The notes: generated by a model not told the origin, from the sequence alone. A DNA stretch of 64,000 nt from an uncultured Rikenellaceae bacterium (GCA_964383915.1 CAYLJE010000001.1:1893-65892); one strand, 5' to 3'. Shown: positions 40,996 through 51,719, counted from the stretch's first letter. Translations and numbers: made by a program.

Positions 40996-42609
40996 ATGAT
41001 ACAAACGCAGGATCAGGGGAACCGGGCGTATATCATGGGGATCACCCTGGTGGCCACGCTCGGAGGGTTATTATTTGGTTATGATACGGCCGTGATTTCC
41101 GGCGCGGTAAAGTCACTACAGGGATTTTTTATTGATACGTTGTATGCCAATTCACAGGAAGCCTCGCAGGTTGTGTTGGAATACAGGATCAGTGTGGCCG
41201 TTGTGCTGGCCATTATTCTGTGTGCTGTGGGAGCCATACTGGTCAAGCTTTATGGGCGTAGAAAAGGATTGACAATCACAGTTGTGATCGTTCTGTTTTC
41301 AATTGTTGGAATGATTATTTTTTTTAATAATCCATTGACACTTACCAGGAAAACAGCCAACTCATTAAAAGGATTCATTGTATCTTCAGCTTTGATCGGA
41401 TGCGTCATCGGGGGAGGTATGGGAGGTTTTGTCAGCAGGGAATTAGGGCGAAAAAGGGGTCTTATAACCGCGGCCCTGTTGTTTACATTATCAGCCGTAG
41501 GTTCTGCCATTCCTGAGAAGATGAATATTTTCATGGTTCAACCGGTGGTATCCTTTATGATTTACCGGATTATCGGGGGCATCGGTGTCGGACTGGCATC
41601 CATGCTTTCGCCGATGTATATTGCCGAGATAGCCCCGGCCAAAGAGAGAGGACGTCTGGTGTCATGGAACCAGTTTGCTATTATTTTTGGCATGCTGGTG
41701 GTTTATTTTGTAAATTATTTTATTGCCTATAGTCACCATGGGAATGAGGGTTGGCTAATATCTACAGGATGGCGCTGGATGTTTGCTTCAGAGACGATCC
41801 CGGCCATGCTCTTTTTTATTTTGCTGTTTTTTGTCCCCGAATCGCCCCGTTATTTAGTCATGGCCGGGAAGTACCGGAAAGCGCAAACAGTGTTGGAAAA
41901 AGTGTCCGGGAAGTTGCGTGCCGGAACGATTCTGCAGGAGATCAGGGAAACGCTGAAAGAAAAATCCGTTCCCTGGCTTTCTTTTGGGGGAATGGTCATC
42001 TTTATCGGGATCATGCTCTCTGTATTTCAGCAGTTTGTCGGCATTAATGTTGTGCTTTATTATGCGCCGGAGATATTCCGGAATATGGGTTCAGGTACTG
42101 ACACAGCCTTGTTGCAAACAATCATCGTGGGAGTCATTAACCTGACATTTACCATACTGGCCATAATGACAGTGGACCGTTTAGGGCGGAAACCACTGAT
42201 GATTGTCGGCGCACTTGGGATGGCCCTATCTATGTTTTTACTTGGTTTTACTTTTTATTTCCAGCAACCGGGATTGGCATCTCTGATCTTTATGCTTACC
42301 TACACCGCTTCTTTTGCCATGTCCTGGGGACCGGTAACCTGGGTGCTTTTGTCAGAGATATTCCCGAACAGTATCCGTGGAGCCATGTCGATTGCGGTAG
42401 CAGCCCAGTGGGTGGCCAATCTGATCATCTCCTGGTCCTTCCCGGTCATAAATGACAATTCAGCCTTGATAGGGATCTTTCATCATGGTTTCCCTTACTG
42501 GATTTATGGCCTGATGGGACTCCTGGCAGCCTGGTTTGTCTGGAAAATGGTGCCCGAGACCAAAGGAAAAACGCTGGAAGAAATCGAACGGATATGGAAG
42601 AAGAAGTAA
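40996..42609 (+). CDS. xylE: MFS sugar porter (D-xylose:proton symporter-like)
   Basis: It carries the sugar-porter signatures GRKRG, PESPRYL and PETKGKTLEEIE. I prefer the ATG at 40996, just after the xylA stop, over the ORF-track start at 40951, which overlaps xylA. Confidence 0.8.
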   Translation: MIQTQDQGNRAYIMGITLVATLGGLLFGYDTAVISGAVKSLQGFFIDTLYANSQEASQVVLEYRISVAVVLAIILCAVGAILVKLYGRRKGLTITVVIVLFSIVGMIIFFNNPLTLTRKTANSLKGFIVSSALIGCVIGGGMGGFVSRELGRKRGLITAALLFTLSAVGSAIPEKMNIFMVQPVVSFMIYRIIGGIGVGLASMLSPMYIAEIAPAKERGRLVSWNQFAIIFGMLVVYFVNYFIAYSHHGNEGWLISTGWRWMFASETIPAMLFFILLFFVPESPRYLVMAGKYRKAQTVLEKVSGKLRAGTILQEIRETLKEKSVPWLSFGGMVIFIGIMLSVFQQFVGINVVLYYAPEIFRNMGSGTDTALLQTIIVGVINLTFTILAIMTVDRLGRKPLMIVGALGMALSMFLLGFTFYFQQPGLASLIFMLTYTASFAMSWGPVTWVLLSEIFPNSIRGAMSIAVAAQWVANLIISWSFPVINDNSALIGIFHHGFPYWIYGLMGLLAAWFVWKMVPETKGKTLEEIERIWKKK

Positions 42610-42823
42610 ACGGATGAATTACAATTCCCGGGAGGCTATAGATGTTTCTCCGGATTAGTATTCCAACACCGGTCGTTTTCAAACACTGTGGGTTAAAGCG
42701 TAGGTTATCCTGAAGTAGCTGTCTTTTCTTCTTTATTTTTTTGTTACGAAGAGCAATATTATTATTCATATAGAACGCCTTCGTAAATATATGTTTTAGC
42801 AGACAGAGGTTCTTCTTTTAGAG

Positions 42824-44917
42824 TTACCAGATTATTGCCCGTTTTTCAGGGGGCAGGTACATGGGGTCTCCGGGTTTGATATTAAAAGCTTTAAGAAAAG
42901 GCTCCAGATTGCGCACTGGCCCGTTTACTCTGAATTTGCCCAGTGAATGAACATCTTCCTGTGTACGGCGCAGGATCTCTTTTCCTCTGATGTTCTGTGC
43001 CCATACATGAGCGTAGGCCAGATAAAAACGCTGGTCGGGTGTAAATCCATTGATGGGAGCTATCTTTTTCCCTTTGATGGCGGTTTTGAAAGCATCATAA
43101 GAGATATTCAAACCACCCAGATCAGCAAGGTTTTCTCCCAGGGTAAGTTTCCCATTGGCATGTATCGTATCCCTTACTACAAAAGAGTCAAACTGTTTTA
43201 CCAGTACATTGGTTCTTTCCCTGAATTTTTTTGCATCTTCATCAGTCCACCAGTTATTCAGGTTTCCGTCTTTATCATAAAGACGGCCTTTGTCGTCGAA
43301 TCCGTGCGTCATTTCGTGGCCGATAACCACGCCGATAGCTCCATAATTCACAGCGTCATCGGCTTTTGGATAAAAAAAAGGTGGTTGGAGGATACCTGCC
43401 GGAAAACAAATCTCATTGCGTGTGGGACTGTTGTATGCATTCACGGTTTGGGGAGTCATCAGCCACTCGTTCGGATCACGGGGTTTCCCGATCTTACTTT
43501 TCATATAATTAAAATTAAAAGTACTCGCACGCATGACGTTTGATACATATACGCCTTTTTTAATGACCAGTTTAGAGTAATCCCTCCATTGATCCGGATA
43601 TCCGATTTTTAAATTCATGGCAGCCAGTTTCTCAATGGCATTCTTTTTCGTTTGCTCACTCATCCATTCTACCTTTTTAATCCGGTTGGCAAAGGCCTTT
43701 TTAAGATTTCCTACCAGCGTAGTCATTCTATCTTTATCTTTCGGAGGAAAATATTTTTTTACGAACATTTTACCCAGTGCTTCTCCCATGGCATTATTTG
43801 TAGCGTAAATGACCCGTTTCCAGCGGGGTTCCATTTCTTTGGTACCCTGCACAACTTTGCCATAGAAATCGAAATGAGTATTCACAAAATCTTTCCCGAG
43901 GTAAGGTGCCAGACTATTTATCAGATGCCAGGTCAGGTAAGCTTTCCAGGTATCACTGGAGGTAGTGGTAAGCAGTTGGTCAGTCTCTTTGAAAAAACCG
44001 GGTTGGGTAACGTTGATCTCACCCGGAGCAGGAAGATTAATCCCTTTAAAAAACAAAGGCCATTCCATGGCGGGACTGTTTTTTTGTAATTCCGTATAAT
44101 TCATTTTGTGGTAAGTCTTCAAAGGATCCCGTCTTTCCAACCGTGTCATGGAAGCCTGTGCAAGGCCGGTTTCCAGATTCATGATCTTCCGGGCGTTGCC
44201 GGAGGCTGTTTTATTGTTATCTCCCATCAGGACAAACATCTTTGCGATATATGACAGGTATGCCTGTCTCATTTCTTTTGATCTGGCGTCTTTATTTATG
44301 TAATAATCCCGATCTGTCATTCCCAGACCTCCTTGTCCAAGATGGGCTATGACTATTTTGCTGTTTTTGGGGTCCAGGTTCCCGTAAAAATTGAACAGGA
44401 CATGGATCCCGGATGCCTGTAAACGGGCAATCTCTTTTATGACATCTTGTGGACCTGAGATATGATTGATATTATTTATTTCCTCCTGCAGTGGCTTTAA
44501 TCCTGTTTCCTCAATAGTAGCAGTGTCCATTCCTGAATCATAAAAATCATTGATTTTTCGTGAAACAGATCCTTTTTCCTGTGAGTGTGATGATATATCC
44601 AGAATCAAATCCTGTAGCCGTTTATTATTTTCTTCCTGTAACTCGTCAAAAGTGCCATATCTGCTTTTGTCAGAAGGAAGCGGATGATATTTCATCCATC
44701 CCCCGTTTGCATATTGGTAGAAATTTATGGTGGGACTTACGGTGGTATCCAGATTTTCAAGGTTCAGTGCCATATCTTTTGATGTTTTATGTTCCTGCTG
44801 GCAGGAAAAGAAAAAAAATGCAGGTAAAAGAATCCAAATAAATAATAATTTATGAAAATGAAACAGAGAGCGGATAACCTTGTCCGCTCTCTTGTGATAT
44901 AAAAACAATAGTTCCAT
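42824..44917 (-). CDS. M13 family (neprilysin/PepO-like) zinc metallopeptidase, lipoprotein
   Basis: HEMTHGFD and ENLADLGG motifs are present, with a lipobox (FFFFSC). I chose the start at 44917 (MELLFLYHK...) so that the gene does not overlap rocD. The ORF track extends it to 45049. Confidence 0.8.
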   Translation of the reverse strand: MELLFLYHKRADKVIRSLFHFHKLLFIWILLPAFFFFSCQQEHKTSKDMALNLENLDTTVSPTINFYQYANGGWMKYHPLPSDKSRYGTFDELQEENNKRLQDLILDISSHSQEKGSVSRKINDFYDSGMDTATIEETGLKPLQEEINNINHISGPQDVIKEIARLQASGIHVLFNFYGNLDPKNSKIVIAHLGQGGLGMTDRDYYINKDARSKEMRQAYLSYIAKMFVLMGDNNKTASGNARKIMNLETGLAQASMTRLERRDPLKTYHKMNYTELQKNSPAMEWPLFFKGINLPAPGEINVTQPGFFKETDQLLTTTSSDTWKAYLTWHLINSLAPYLGKDFVNTHFDFYGKVVQGTKEMEPRWKRVIYATNNAMGEALGKMFVKKYFPPKDKDRMTTLVGNLKKAFANRIKKVEWMSEQTKKNAIEKLAAMNLKIGYPDQWRDYSKLVIKKGVYVSNVMRASTFNFNYMKSKIGKPRDPNEWLMTPQTVNAYNSPTRNEICFPAGILQPPFFYPKADDAVNYGAIGVVIGHEMTHGFDDKGRLYDKDGNLNNWWTDEDAKKFRERTNVLVKQFDSFVVRDTIHANGKLTLGENLADLGGLNISYDAFKTAIKGKKIAPINGFTPDQRFYLAYAHVWAQNIRGKEILRRTQEDVHSLGKFRVNGPVRNLEPFLKAFNIKPGDPMYLPPEKRAIIW
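44865..44892 (-). terminator. candidate rocD terminator hairpin lying inside the 5-prime end of the M13 peptidase ORF
   Basis: It has a perfect 10-bp stem (agagagcgga/tccgctctct) with an 8-nt loop. On the minus strand it is followed by GTTTCATTTTCAT, and it lies 42 nt past the rocD stop. Confidence 0.4.
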
Positions 44918-44933
44918 GATAAGCTTATTTAAA

Positions 44934-46148
44934 TTATTCATATGCCTGAAATGATTTTTTAATGATATCGATGGCTTCATATAATTGTTCTTCATTGATG
45001 ACCAGCGGAGGAGCAAAACGAATGATATGGTCATGTGTTGGTTTGGCAATCAAGCCGTTATCTTTCATTGTCAAACAAATATCCCAGGCTGTTTTTCCGT
45101 TTTTCGGATGGACAACCACGGCATTTAATAATCCTTTTCCCCGTACCAGTTCAATCATATCCGATTGGATACCGGACATTTCTTTTCGGAATATTTCTCC
45201 GAGACGGTATGCATTTTCAGCAAGTTTTTCTTCTTTTATTACTTCCAGGGCAGCCACAGCCACACGGGCAGCCAGCGGATTCCCTCCAAAAGTAGAACCA
45301 TGTTCACCGGGAAGAATCGTTAGCATAATTTCATCGTCAGCCAGTACGGCAGAAATAGGATAAACACCTCCTGACAGTGCTTTCCCGAGTATCAGCATGT
45401 CCGGTCGTACTCCTTCGTAGTCCGAGGCAAGTAATTTCCCTGTGCGGGCAAGGCCTGTCTGGACCTCATCAGCAATAAACAATACATGGTATTTTTTACA
45501 CAGGTCATAAGCTTTTTTAAGGTACCCTTCATCCGGCACATACACCCCTGCTTCTCCCTGTATCGGTTCGACAAGGAATCCGGCAATGTTGGGATCCGAT
45601 GCCAGTGTTTTTTCCAGTGCATCCAGATCGTTATAAGGGATGATCGTGAAACCGGGGGTGTACGGACCAAAATCATCCCGGGCTGTCGGATCGGTGGACA
45701 TGGAAATGATGGTGATTGTACGGCCATGGAAATTTCCTTCACAGGCAATGATTTTTGCCTCGTTCTCCGGAATTCCTTTTACTTTATAAGCCCATTTGCG
45801 ACAGAGTTTCAGTGCTGTCTCATCTCCCTCTGCACCGGTGTTCATCGGGAGAATTTTGTCATATCCAAAATATTCCGTGATGTATTTTTCATATTCCCCC
45901 AGGGCACTATTGTAAAAAGCGCGGGAGGTAAGCGTCAGCTTATGTGCCTGTTCTGTTAAAGCTCCTACAATCTTTGGATGACAGTGACCCTGGTTTACTG
46001 CTGAATAAGCCGACAGGAAATCAAAATATCGTTTTCCTTCCACATCCCAGACATAAACACCTTCCCCCCGGTCTAAAACAACCGGCAGAGGATGATAGTT
46101 ATGTGCCCCATACTTATCTTCCTGGTTGATGTAATCCTGTGTTGTCAT
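44934..46148 (-). CDS. rocD: ornithine--oxo-acid aminotransferase (class III PLP aminotransferase)
   Basis: [14 protein letters not shown] is present, the PLP lysine context is ILGKALSGG, and the N-terminus reads [12 protein letters not shown]. The protein is 404 aa. Confidence 0.85.
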   Translation of the reverse strand: MTTQDYINQEDKYGAHNYHPLPVVLDRGEGVYVWDVEGKRYFDFLSAYSAVNQGHCHPKIVGALTEQAHKLTLTSRAFYNSALGEYEKYITEYFGYDKILPMNTGAEGDETALKLCRKWAYKVKGIPENEAKIIACEGNFHGRTITIISMSTDPTARDDFGPYTPGFTIIPYNDLDALEKTLASDPNIAGFLVEPIQGEAGVYVPDEGYLKKAYDLCKKYHVLFIADEVQTGLARTGKLLASDYEGVRPDMLILGKALSGGVYPISAVLADDEIMLTILPGEHGSTFGGNPLAARVAVAALEVIKEEKLAENAYRLGEIFRKEMSGIQSDMIELVRGKGLLNAVVVHPKNGKTAWDICLTMKDNGLIAKPTHDHIIRFAPPLVINEEQLYEAIDIIKKSFQAYE

Positions 46149-46340
46149 ATCTTTTTCTTTTTTCAGTTAATAAATAATTTTTAATTATGATAAATATTCA
46201 TATTCTTTGTAAACAGAGTGTAAAAGTAACATAAAAAAAATTTTCCGAGGAAACAAAACGGTTAAAAATATTTATTTTAAGAATAAGATCATTTAATCTT
46301 GCTATATTCCGGGTACCCATTTAAATTATATTATTTAATC

Positions 46341-46600
46341 ATGAAACCAGATCATAAAATTATTGACGTTTTAGCTGACCGGTGGAGTCCGGTAGCTTTT
46401 TCAGACCGTGTGCCGGAAGGGGAAATTCTTCAATAGCTTTTTGAAGCAGTCCGTTGGGCCCCCTCTGCCTTTAATGAACAGCCCTGGCGTTTTATATATG
46501 CTTGTCGCGGAGATCAGGCTTATGAAGCATTCCTCGAATGCCTCGTTCCCGGAAACAGGGAATGGGCACATTTTGCTCCTGTACTGATGATCGTTTTTGT
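46341..46600 (+). pseudogene. nitroreductase-family gene fragment with an in-frame TAG and a 3-prime truncation
   Basis: The ATG at 46341 reads MKPDHKIIDVLADRWSPVAFSDRVPEGEILQ, then TAG (46434-46436), then LFEAVRWAPSAFNEQPWRFIYACRGDQAYEAFLECLVPGNREWAHFAPVLMIV. Similarity then ends where the convergent TonB-receptor gene stops. Only about 85 of the expected ~200 residues remain. Confidence 0.6.
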
Positions 46601-46606
46601 ATTTTG

Positions 46607-49063
46607 TCAGAACCCTACAGAAAATTTAAGATTGATTCTTCTGGATGTGAGGTAATTGGGGACGGCATAGTAGCCGGTCTCATGGGAGAGGTTATTGACT
46701 GTATTTACCCATAGATAAGAAATCGTATTATTGTTCCCGAAAAGATTGAAGATATCCAGCCCCAGCCGCATGGAACGGACGTGTTTGCTTAGATTTTTGT
46801 TTTCACCTGTTTTGGTTTTTACAAAATCTTTGGAAAACCCGATGTCCACCCTTTTGTAAGAAGGCATCCTGAAAAACAAGTCATAGCGGTCGGTATTGGG
46901 AGGCCGGACGGGCATGCCTGTTGTATAGAACATGGTCAGGTGCATACGGAAAGAGGGATTATTGGGGAAATAATCTTGAAAGGAAAGTCCGAAGTTGATC
47001 AACTGGTCTGTCGGCCTGGGGTAACATCCCGGATAAATGACCTGGTCGTTTTTATCTGTATAAGAGTCATTAGCAACATCTTCGCAGGTATGCATCAGGG
47101 ACAGACTGGCCCAGGAATCAACGCCTTTCACAAACTCTCCGTTGATTTTCATATCCAGGCCGTAAGCTCTCCCGTGTGCTTCATTCTCTCCCGTATAATC
47201 CAGTCTTACATTTTCCAGAAAGTAGGGAATCAGATTTTTCATACCTTTGAAATAGGCTTCTGCACTCCATAGAAAAGGCCGGTTCCACGCCATAAAATGA
47301 TAATCACTCCCTGCTACCAGATGCCATGATTGTTGTGCTTTAATATCCGGATTAATACTTCCGTTTAGTCGTCTTGCTTCTTTATATAGGGGTGGTTGAT
47401 CATAGAAACCGCCGGCCAGATGATAGGACCAGGGAGAGAAGGGACTTCTTCTGAAAGTGAAGATAATACGCGGGCTTAAAAGTATTTGCCGGTTAAATCC
47501 CCAGTAATGAATACGTATGCCTGCCTGTATTCTGAAGACGGCACTGTCCAGTCGCCAGGTACGCTGGTCTTCTGCAAAACCTGTAAGGCGGAGGGAGGTT
47601 ATCCTGTTAACAGCGACGGTGGTCTTGAAAAGACGGACCGTATTTCCGTCGTAGGGGAGAGAGTAACCGGCTGAATCCCGCAATGTCCATTCCCGGACAT
47701 GATCTCCGAAATGTTCGTATCTGACAGTGGTTCCCCATTGCAGTAAATGTTTCCTTACACGATAAAATCCCAGGTATCTTGCCGAATAGATTCTGCCATC
47801 CAGTTTATTACGGGCATGTTGAAGAAAGCTCCCGATGCCAATATTCATGATGCTGTCTCCGAATGTTTCAGAACCCAGTCTTTTATCCAGTGCATTAAGA
47901 GAATAATAGCCGTGAATGTCATAATTTTCTTGTTCCAGCGTTTGAAATGCCGAAAGGATACATTTCATTCTCACATCGGAAGACGGGTGATAATTGAGGG
48001 TAAGAGCGCCCAGGTAAGTGTCGAAGGCATCTTTTTCCTGTCCCTCATAATAAACGAACAAAGCCACGGCATTCTGTACGGTTCCAAAAGATGTTCGCCG
48101 GTTGGCCGGAACAAAACGATATTTGTTCAGGGAAATGTTTCCCAATGCTTCCAGGGATACCTTCCTGCTTACAGTATAGGTGAGCAACGTCTGAAAATCT
48201 CCGAAAAGCGGTTTATATTCTCCTTTGGTGTCCAGTGAATTTAGCAGGTAGCTGTTGGTTTTTAAACGACTGCCTATAAGATAAGTTCCTTTGCTGTTGT
48301 GGGTTCTGCCCTCCAGGTGAGCAGTAGCTCCAAGCAGGCTTACAGAAACCGATCCTTTAAAAAACTCCGGGGTTTTATAGGTGATATCCAGTACGGAAGA
48401 CATCCGATCTCCGTAACGTGCAGGGAAGCCACCGGCAGAAAATTTTACCCTTTTCACCAGATCCGGATTGATGATACTCAGACCTTCCTGTTTGCCCGAC
48501 CGGATAAGAAAAGGACGGTATATCTCAATATCATTGATATAGACCAGGTTCTCATCAAAGTTTCCTCCTCTGACCGAATATTGTGAACTTAGTTCATTTC
48601 GTGAGCTTACGCCAGGGAGTGTTTTTACCAGTGTCTCCAGGTTACCGGTGGGGGAAGGCAGGCTATTAAGGTCTTTGATGTCCACCTGCCGCATGGTCCC
48701 TTCTTCAGGGTGTGTGACCTGGATATCTACCTCCCTGATTGCATTTACAGAAGGGTATAACACAACTGTGAGTTGTACCTGCTGATTTTTTCCGATAAAA
48801 ATTTTCTTACTGACCGGCTTAAACCCGACAGATGAGAATACCACATAAACCGAGTCCCCCGGAGGAACAGACAGGAAAAATGAACCCTGGTTGTCTGTGA
48901 TGGTCCCTTCCCTGGCATCCTTAAGATGAACGTGTACGCTGGATAAAGGTATTTTGTCGGGATCTATGACCTTCCCGCCAACGCCCGTGTTTTTCTGAGC
49001 ATACCCTGAGACAGCGCATAGAAAAAACACAATGGCAAATAAAAATGAGAGTGGGTTATGCAT
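46607..49063 (-). CDS. TonB-dependent receptor with an N-terminal carboxypeptidase-regulatory-like domain
   Basis: It has a signal peptide, a CarboxypepD_reg segment (GKVID...GFKP), a plug region (LPGVSS...VRGG...VYINDIE) and a long barrel ending in ...KFSVGF. Confidence 0.85.
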   Translation of the reverse strand: MHNPLSFLFAIVFFLCAVSGYAQKNTGVGGKVIDPDKIPLSSVHVHLKDAREGTITDNQGSFFLSVPPGDSVYVVFSSVGFKPVSKKIFIGKNQQVQLTVVLYPSVNAIREVDIQVTHPEEGTMRQVDIKDLNSLPSPTGNLETLVKTLPGVSSRNELSSQYSVRGGNFDENLVYINDIEIYRPFLIRSGKQEGLSIINPDLVKRVKFSAGGFPARYGDRMSSVLDITYKTPEFFKGSVSVSLLGATAHLEGRTHNSKGTYLIGSRLKTNSYLLNSLDTKGEYKPLFGDFQTLLTYTVSRKVSLEALGNISLNKYRFVPANRRTSFGTVQNAVALFVYYEGQEKDAFDTYLGALTLNYHPSSDVRMKCILSAFQTLEQENYDIHGYYSLNALDKRLGSETFGDSIMNIGIGSFLQHARNKLDGRIYSARYLGFYRVRKHLLQWGTTVRYEHFGDHVREWTLRDSAGYSLPYDGNTVRLFKTTVAVNRITSLRLTGFAEDQRTWRLDSAVFRIQAGIRIHYWGFNRQILLSPRIIFTFRRSPFSPWSYHLAGGFYDQPPLYKEARRLNGSINPDIKAQQSWHLVAGSDYHFMAWNRPFLWSAEAYFKGMKNLIPYFLENVRLDYTGENEAHGRAYGLDMKINGEFVKGVDSWASLSLMHTCEDVANDSYTDKNDQVIYPGCYPRPTDQLINFGLSFQDYFPNNPSFRMHLTMFYTTGMPVRPPNTDRYDLFFRMPSYKRVDIGFSKDFVKTKTGENKNLSKHVRSMRLGLDIFNLFGNNNTISYLWVNTVNNLSHETGYYAVPNYLTSRRINLKFSVGF

Positions 49064-49196
49064 AAAAAATTGCTTATTCAGGTTATCAAAATAAACTGTT
49101 TTTTTCTGTTTTCATTGTTAAATCACGGGTAATTTTAACAGGATGACTGTTAATTATCCAAAAATAGGTATTTTTATACTGAAAAATCAAAAGATC

Positions 49197-49610
49197 ATGA
49201 TTCATCAGATACAATTCACGTTGCCCCCGTTTCCCAAAGGATATCATCTGGTTACTTCACTAATCATGGGAAAGGTAGGGACATTGCCGGCTGCAGGGGT
49301 GATGCATGTTTTTATTCAACATACTTCTGCCGGACTTACCCTGAATGAAAATGCAGATCCTTCGGTGCGGGGAGATTTTGAGACATTTATGAATGATCTG
49401 GTACCGGAAGATTACCCTCACTATGTCCATACTTATGAAGGACGTGATGATATGCCTGCCCACCTTAAGTCGTCACTCATCGGTTCTTCTGTATCCATTC
49501 CCATTACCAATCACAGGATGAATCTGGGTACCTGGCAGGGTATTTATCTATGTGAATTCAGACGTCATGGGGGGAACCGGCGTATTGTGGTAACGATAAT
49601 AGGGGAGTAA
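49197..49610 (+). CDS. YjbQ/UPF0047 family protein (secondary thiamine-phosphate synthase-like)
   Basis: HTSAGLTLNENADP and DMPAHLKSSL motifs are present. The start MIHQIQF at 49197 gives the usual ~137 aa. Confidence 0.85.
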   Translation: MIHQIQFTLPPFPKGYHLVTSLIMGKVGTLPAAGVMHVFIQHTSAGLTLNENADPSVRGDFETFMNDLVPEDYPHYVHTYEGRDDMPAHLKSSLIGSSVSIPITNHRMNLGTWQGIYLCEFRRHGGNRRIVVTIIGE

Positions 49611-49705
49611 GGTTTGGCTGTATTACCCACTTATTTTGCTGTTTTGCACCGAACGTCAGAGCCTAAAATATAGACTCTTTTACCTGCCGTCAGGCAGGCC
49701 ACCCT

Positions 49706-50785
49706 TCATTCATAAACCTTACATTCCTTTTCGCCTCTAAGTACCTGTAGTGCATTCATAGCCAATGCTTTCATTTCATCTTCACCGGGGAAAACCACCA
49801 CCCGTGCAATATGGGCTACCATCACTTTGATGTAATCAACAATTCTGTCATTAAATGCCAGTCCTCCGGTAATAAGAATAGCATCTACTTCTCCTTTTAA
49901 GACAGCGCTCAGGGCTCCGATCTCTTTGCTTACCTGATAAGCCAAAGCATCCAAAAGAAAAGCGGCTTTCTTATTTCCCTCTTCTGACATAAGGTTGATT
50001 TTGTAAACATCATTTGTCCCCATGTAGGCTACAAGTCCACCTTTACCGGTAATCATCTTCTTTACATCATCCAGTGTATATTTCCCGCTGAAGCAGAGTC
50101 TGGCCAGATCACCCATAGGAAGGGTACCCGAACGTTCCGGAGAAAAAGGGCCATCACCATCAAGTCCCTGATTTACATCAATAACACGTCCTTTCCGATG
50201 GGCTCCTACGGTGATGCCACCTCCCAGATGTGCGACAATCAGGTTTATTTCTTCATATTCTTTTCCGATTTGTTGTGCATATGCTCGCGAGATTGCCTTG
50301 TGGTTAAGGGCATGAAAAATCGAACATCTTTCAAAAAGGGGATGTCCTGACACACGGGCGATATCCTGTAATTCATCCACCACCACAGGGTCAGCGATAA
50401 AAGCACGAGCTCCCGGCAGGGAATGGGCAATATCATCCGCAATCAATCCCCCCAGGTTGCTGGCATGTTCTCCCATCACCCCTTTGATCAGGTCCCTTTT
50501 CATTGCCTCATTTACCTCATACACCCCTGATTCAACCGGTTTGATCATGCCACCCCTGCCGATGACTGCCGTTATTTCATTGATCTTTTCGTGGGATTTT
50601 CTTAATTCGTTTAGTATGATCTCTCTACGGAACTCAAATTGGTCGGTAATCCGCCGGAAATGTGCCAGTTCCTCCGGCGAATGACGAATGGTCTCTACCA
50701 ACCGTGGTTTTATTTCACGGTACACAGCAATCTTCGTGGAGGTTGATCCAGGATTAATTACTAAGATTCTATGTACCTGCATCAT
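49706..50785 (-). CDS. buk: butyrate kinase
   Basis: It has the ASKHA N-terminus ILVINPGSTSTKIAVY, is 359 aa, and sits directly downstream of ptb. Confidence 0.9.
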   Translation of the reverse strand: MMQVHRILVINPGSTSTKIAVYREIKPRLVETIRHSPEELAHFRRITDQFEFRREIILNELRKSHEKINEITAVIGRGGMIKPVESGVYEVNEAMKRDLIKGVMGEHASNLGGLIADDIAHSLPGARAFIADPVVVDELQDIARVSGHPLFERCSIFHALNHKAISRAYAQQIGKEYEEINLIVAHLGGGITVGAHRKGRVIDVNQGLDGDGPFSPERSGTLPMGDLARLCFSGKYTLDDVKKMITGKGGLVAYMGTNDVYKINLMSEEGNKKAAFLLDALAYQVSKEIGALSAVLKGEVDAILITGGLAFNDRIVDYIKVMVAHIARVVVFPGEDEMKALAMNALQVLRGEKECKVYE

Positions 50786-50813
50786 TATTTATTCATTAAA
50801 CAAACAGTTTATA

Positions 50814-51719
50814 TTACCGCTCAGAGATCAGGGCACCCAAGGCTATGGAGAATAACTTTGTTTCCTGCGTATCCCCCCGTGAAGAAAGTATTACCGGCAC
50901 TCTGGCTCCGGCAACAATAGCTGCCGTTGTTCCTTTCAGTAATTTTGTGTGGCACTTATAGAAGACGTTCCCTGATTCTATATTGGGAAATAATAAACAA
51001 TCGGCTTCTCCTGCCACCATAGACCTGATCTTTTTAATTTCGGCACTTTCCTTGTCCAGTGCCACATCCAGAGCCAACGGTCCATCTACATAAGCCTTTT
51101 TAATCTGTCCACGTTCAGCCATTTTGGCAAGAATAGCAGCATCAACGCAGGCTTCCATACCTGAAAGGACCTGTTCGGTAGCCGCAATGACAGCCACCCG
51201 GGGTGTTTCTACACCCAGTGTTTCAGCCACTTCAACTAAATGTTCCAGGATTATTTTTTTTTCTTTTAAATCCGGATTGGGAATAATAGCTACATCTCCA
51301 ATCACCAGCAGTTTATGGTAGCTGACCGGTTCTAAGACAGCTACATGGGTAAGTAATGAGCCATGTGAAACAAGGCCGGTTTCCTTGTTTAAGATAGCCC
51401 GCATATACTGGTCTGTGCTGACCGTTCCTTTCATGATCAGGTCCCCTTTTCCTTCCCGGATCATGGCCACAGCACGATTAGTTGCCTTTATGGCATCCGG
51501 TTCGTGGAAAATCTCGAACAGGGTTTCCGGCCATCCTTCTTTTTTACATATTTTTTTTATCTCCTGCCGGTCACCCACCAGGATGCCATTAACAATACCT
51601 TTTTTTACGGCGGAAGCCACTGCACCAATGGTATGGGCATCCCTTGCATAGGCTACAACGACATTTTTTGCCGGGACCTTTCCGAGGGCTTCGAACATAT
51701 CTTCAAGTTTTCGAATCAT
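50814..51719 (-). CDS. ptb: phosphate butyryltransferase
   Basis: It is a 301-aa PTA_PTB family protein of the short Ptb type, paired with buk. Its start overlaps the ackA stop (ATGA). Confidence 0.85.
   Translation of the reverse strand: MIRKLEDMFEALGKVPAKNVVVAYARDAHTIGAVASAVKKGIVNGILVGDRQEIKKICKKEGWPETLFEIFHEPDAIKATNRAVAMIREGKGDLIMKGTVSTDQYMRAILNKETGLVSHGSLLTHVAVLEPVSYHKLLVIGDVAIIPNPDLKEKKIILEHLVEVAETLGVETPRVAVIAATEQVLSGMEACVDAAILAKMAERGQIKKAYVDGPLALDVALDKESAEIKKIRSMVAGEADCLLFPNIESGNVFYKCHTKLLKGTTAAIVAGARVPVILSSRGDTQETKLFSIALGALISER

Noticed and set aside
42446-42769. 107-aa minus-strand ORF spanning the xylE 3-prime end and the spacer
   Set aside because: It overlaps the well-supported transporter gene in antisense and has no motif or start context.
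44918-45049. Longer M13 peptidase start at 45049
   Set aside because: It would overlap the rocD 3-prime end by 116 nt and add a non-signal-like N-terminus. I preferred the shorter start at 44917.
49683-49698. Hairpin cctgcc-gtca-ggcagg between convergent yjbQ and buk as a terminator
   Set aside because: It is only a 6-bp stem with no U-tract on either strand. It may still contribute to termination, but the evidence is too weak to call.
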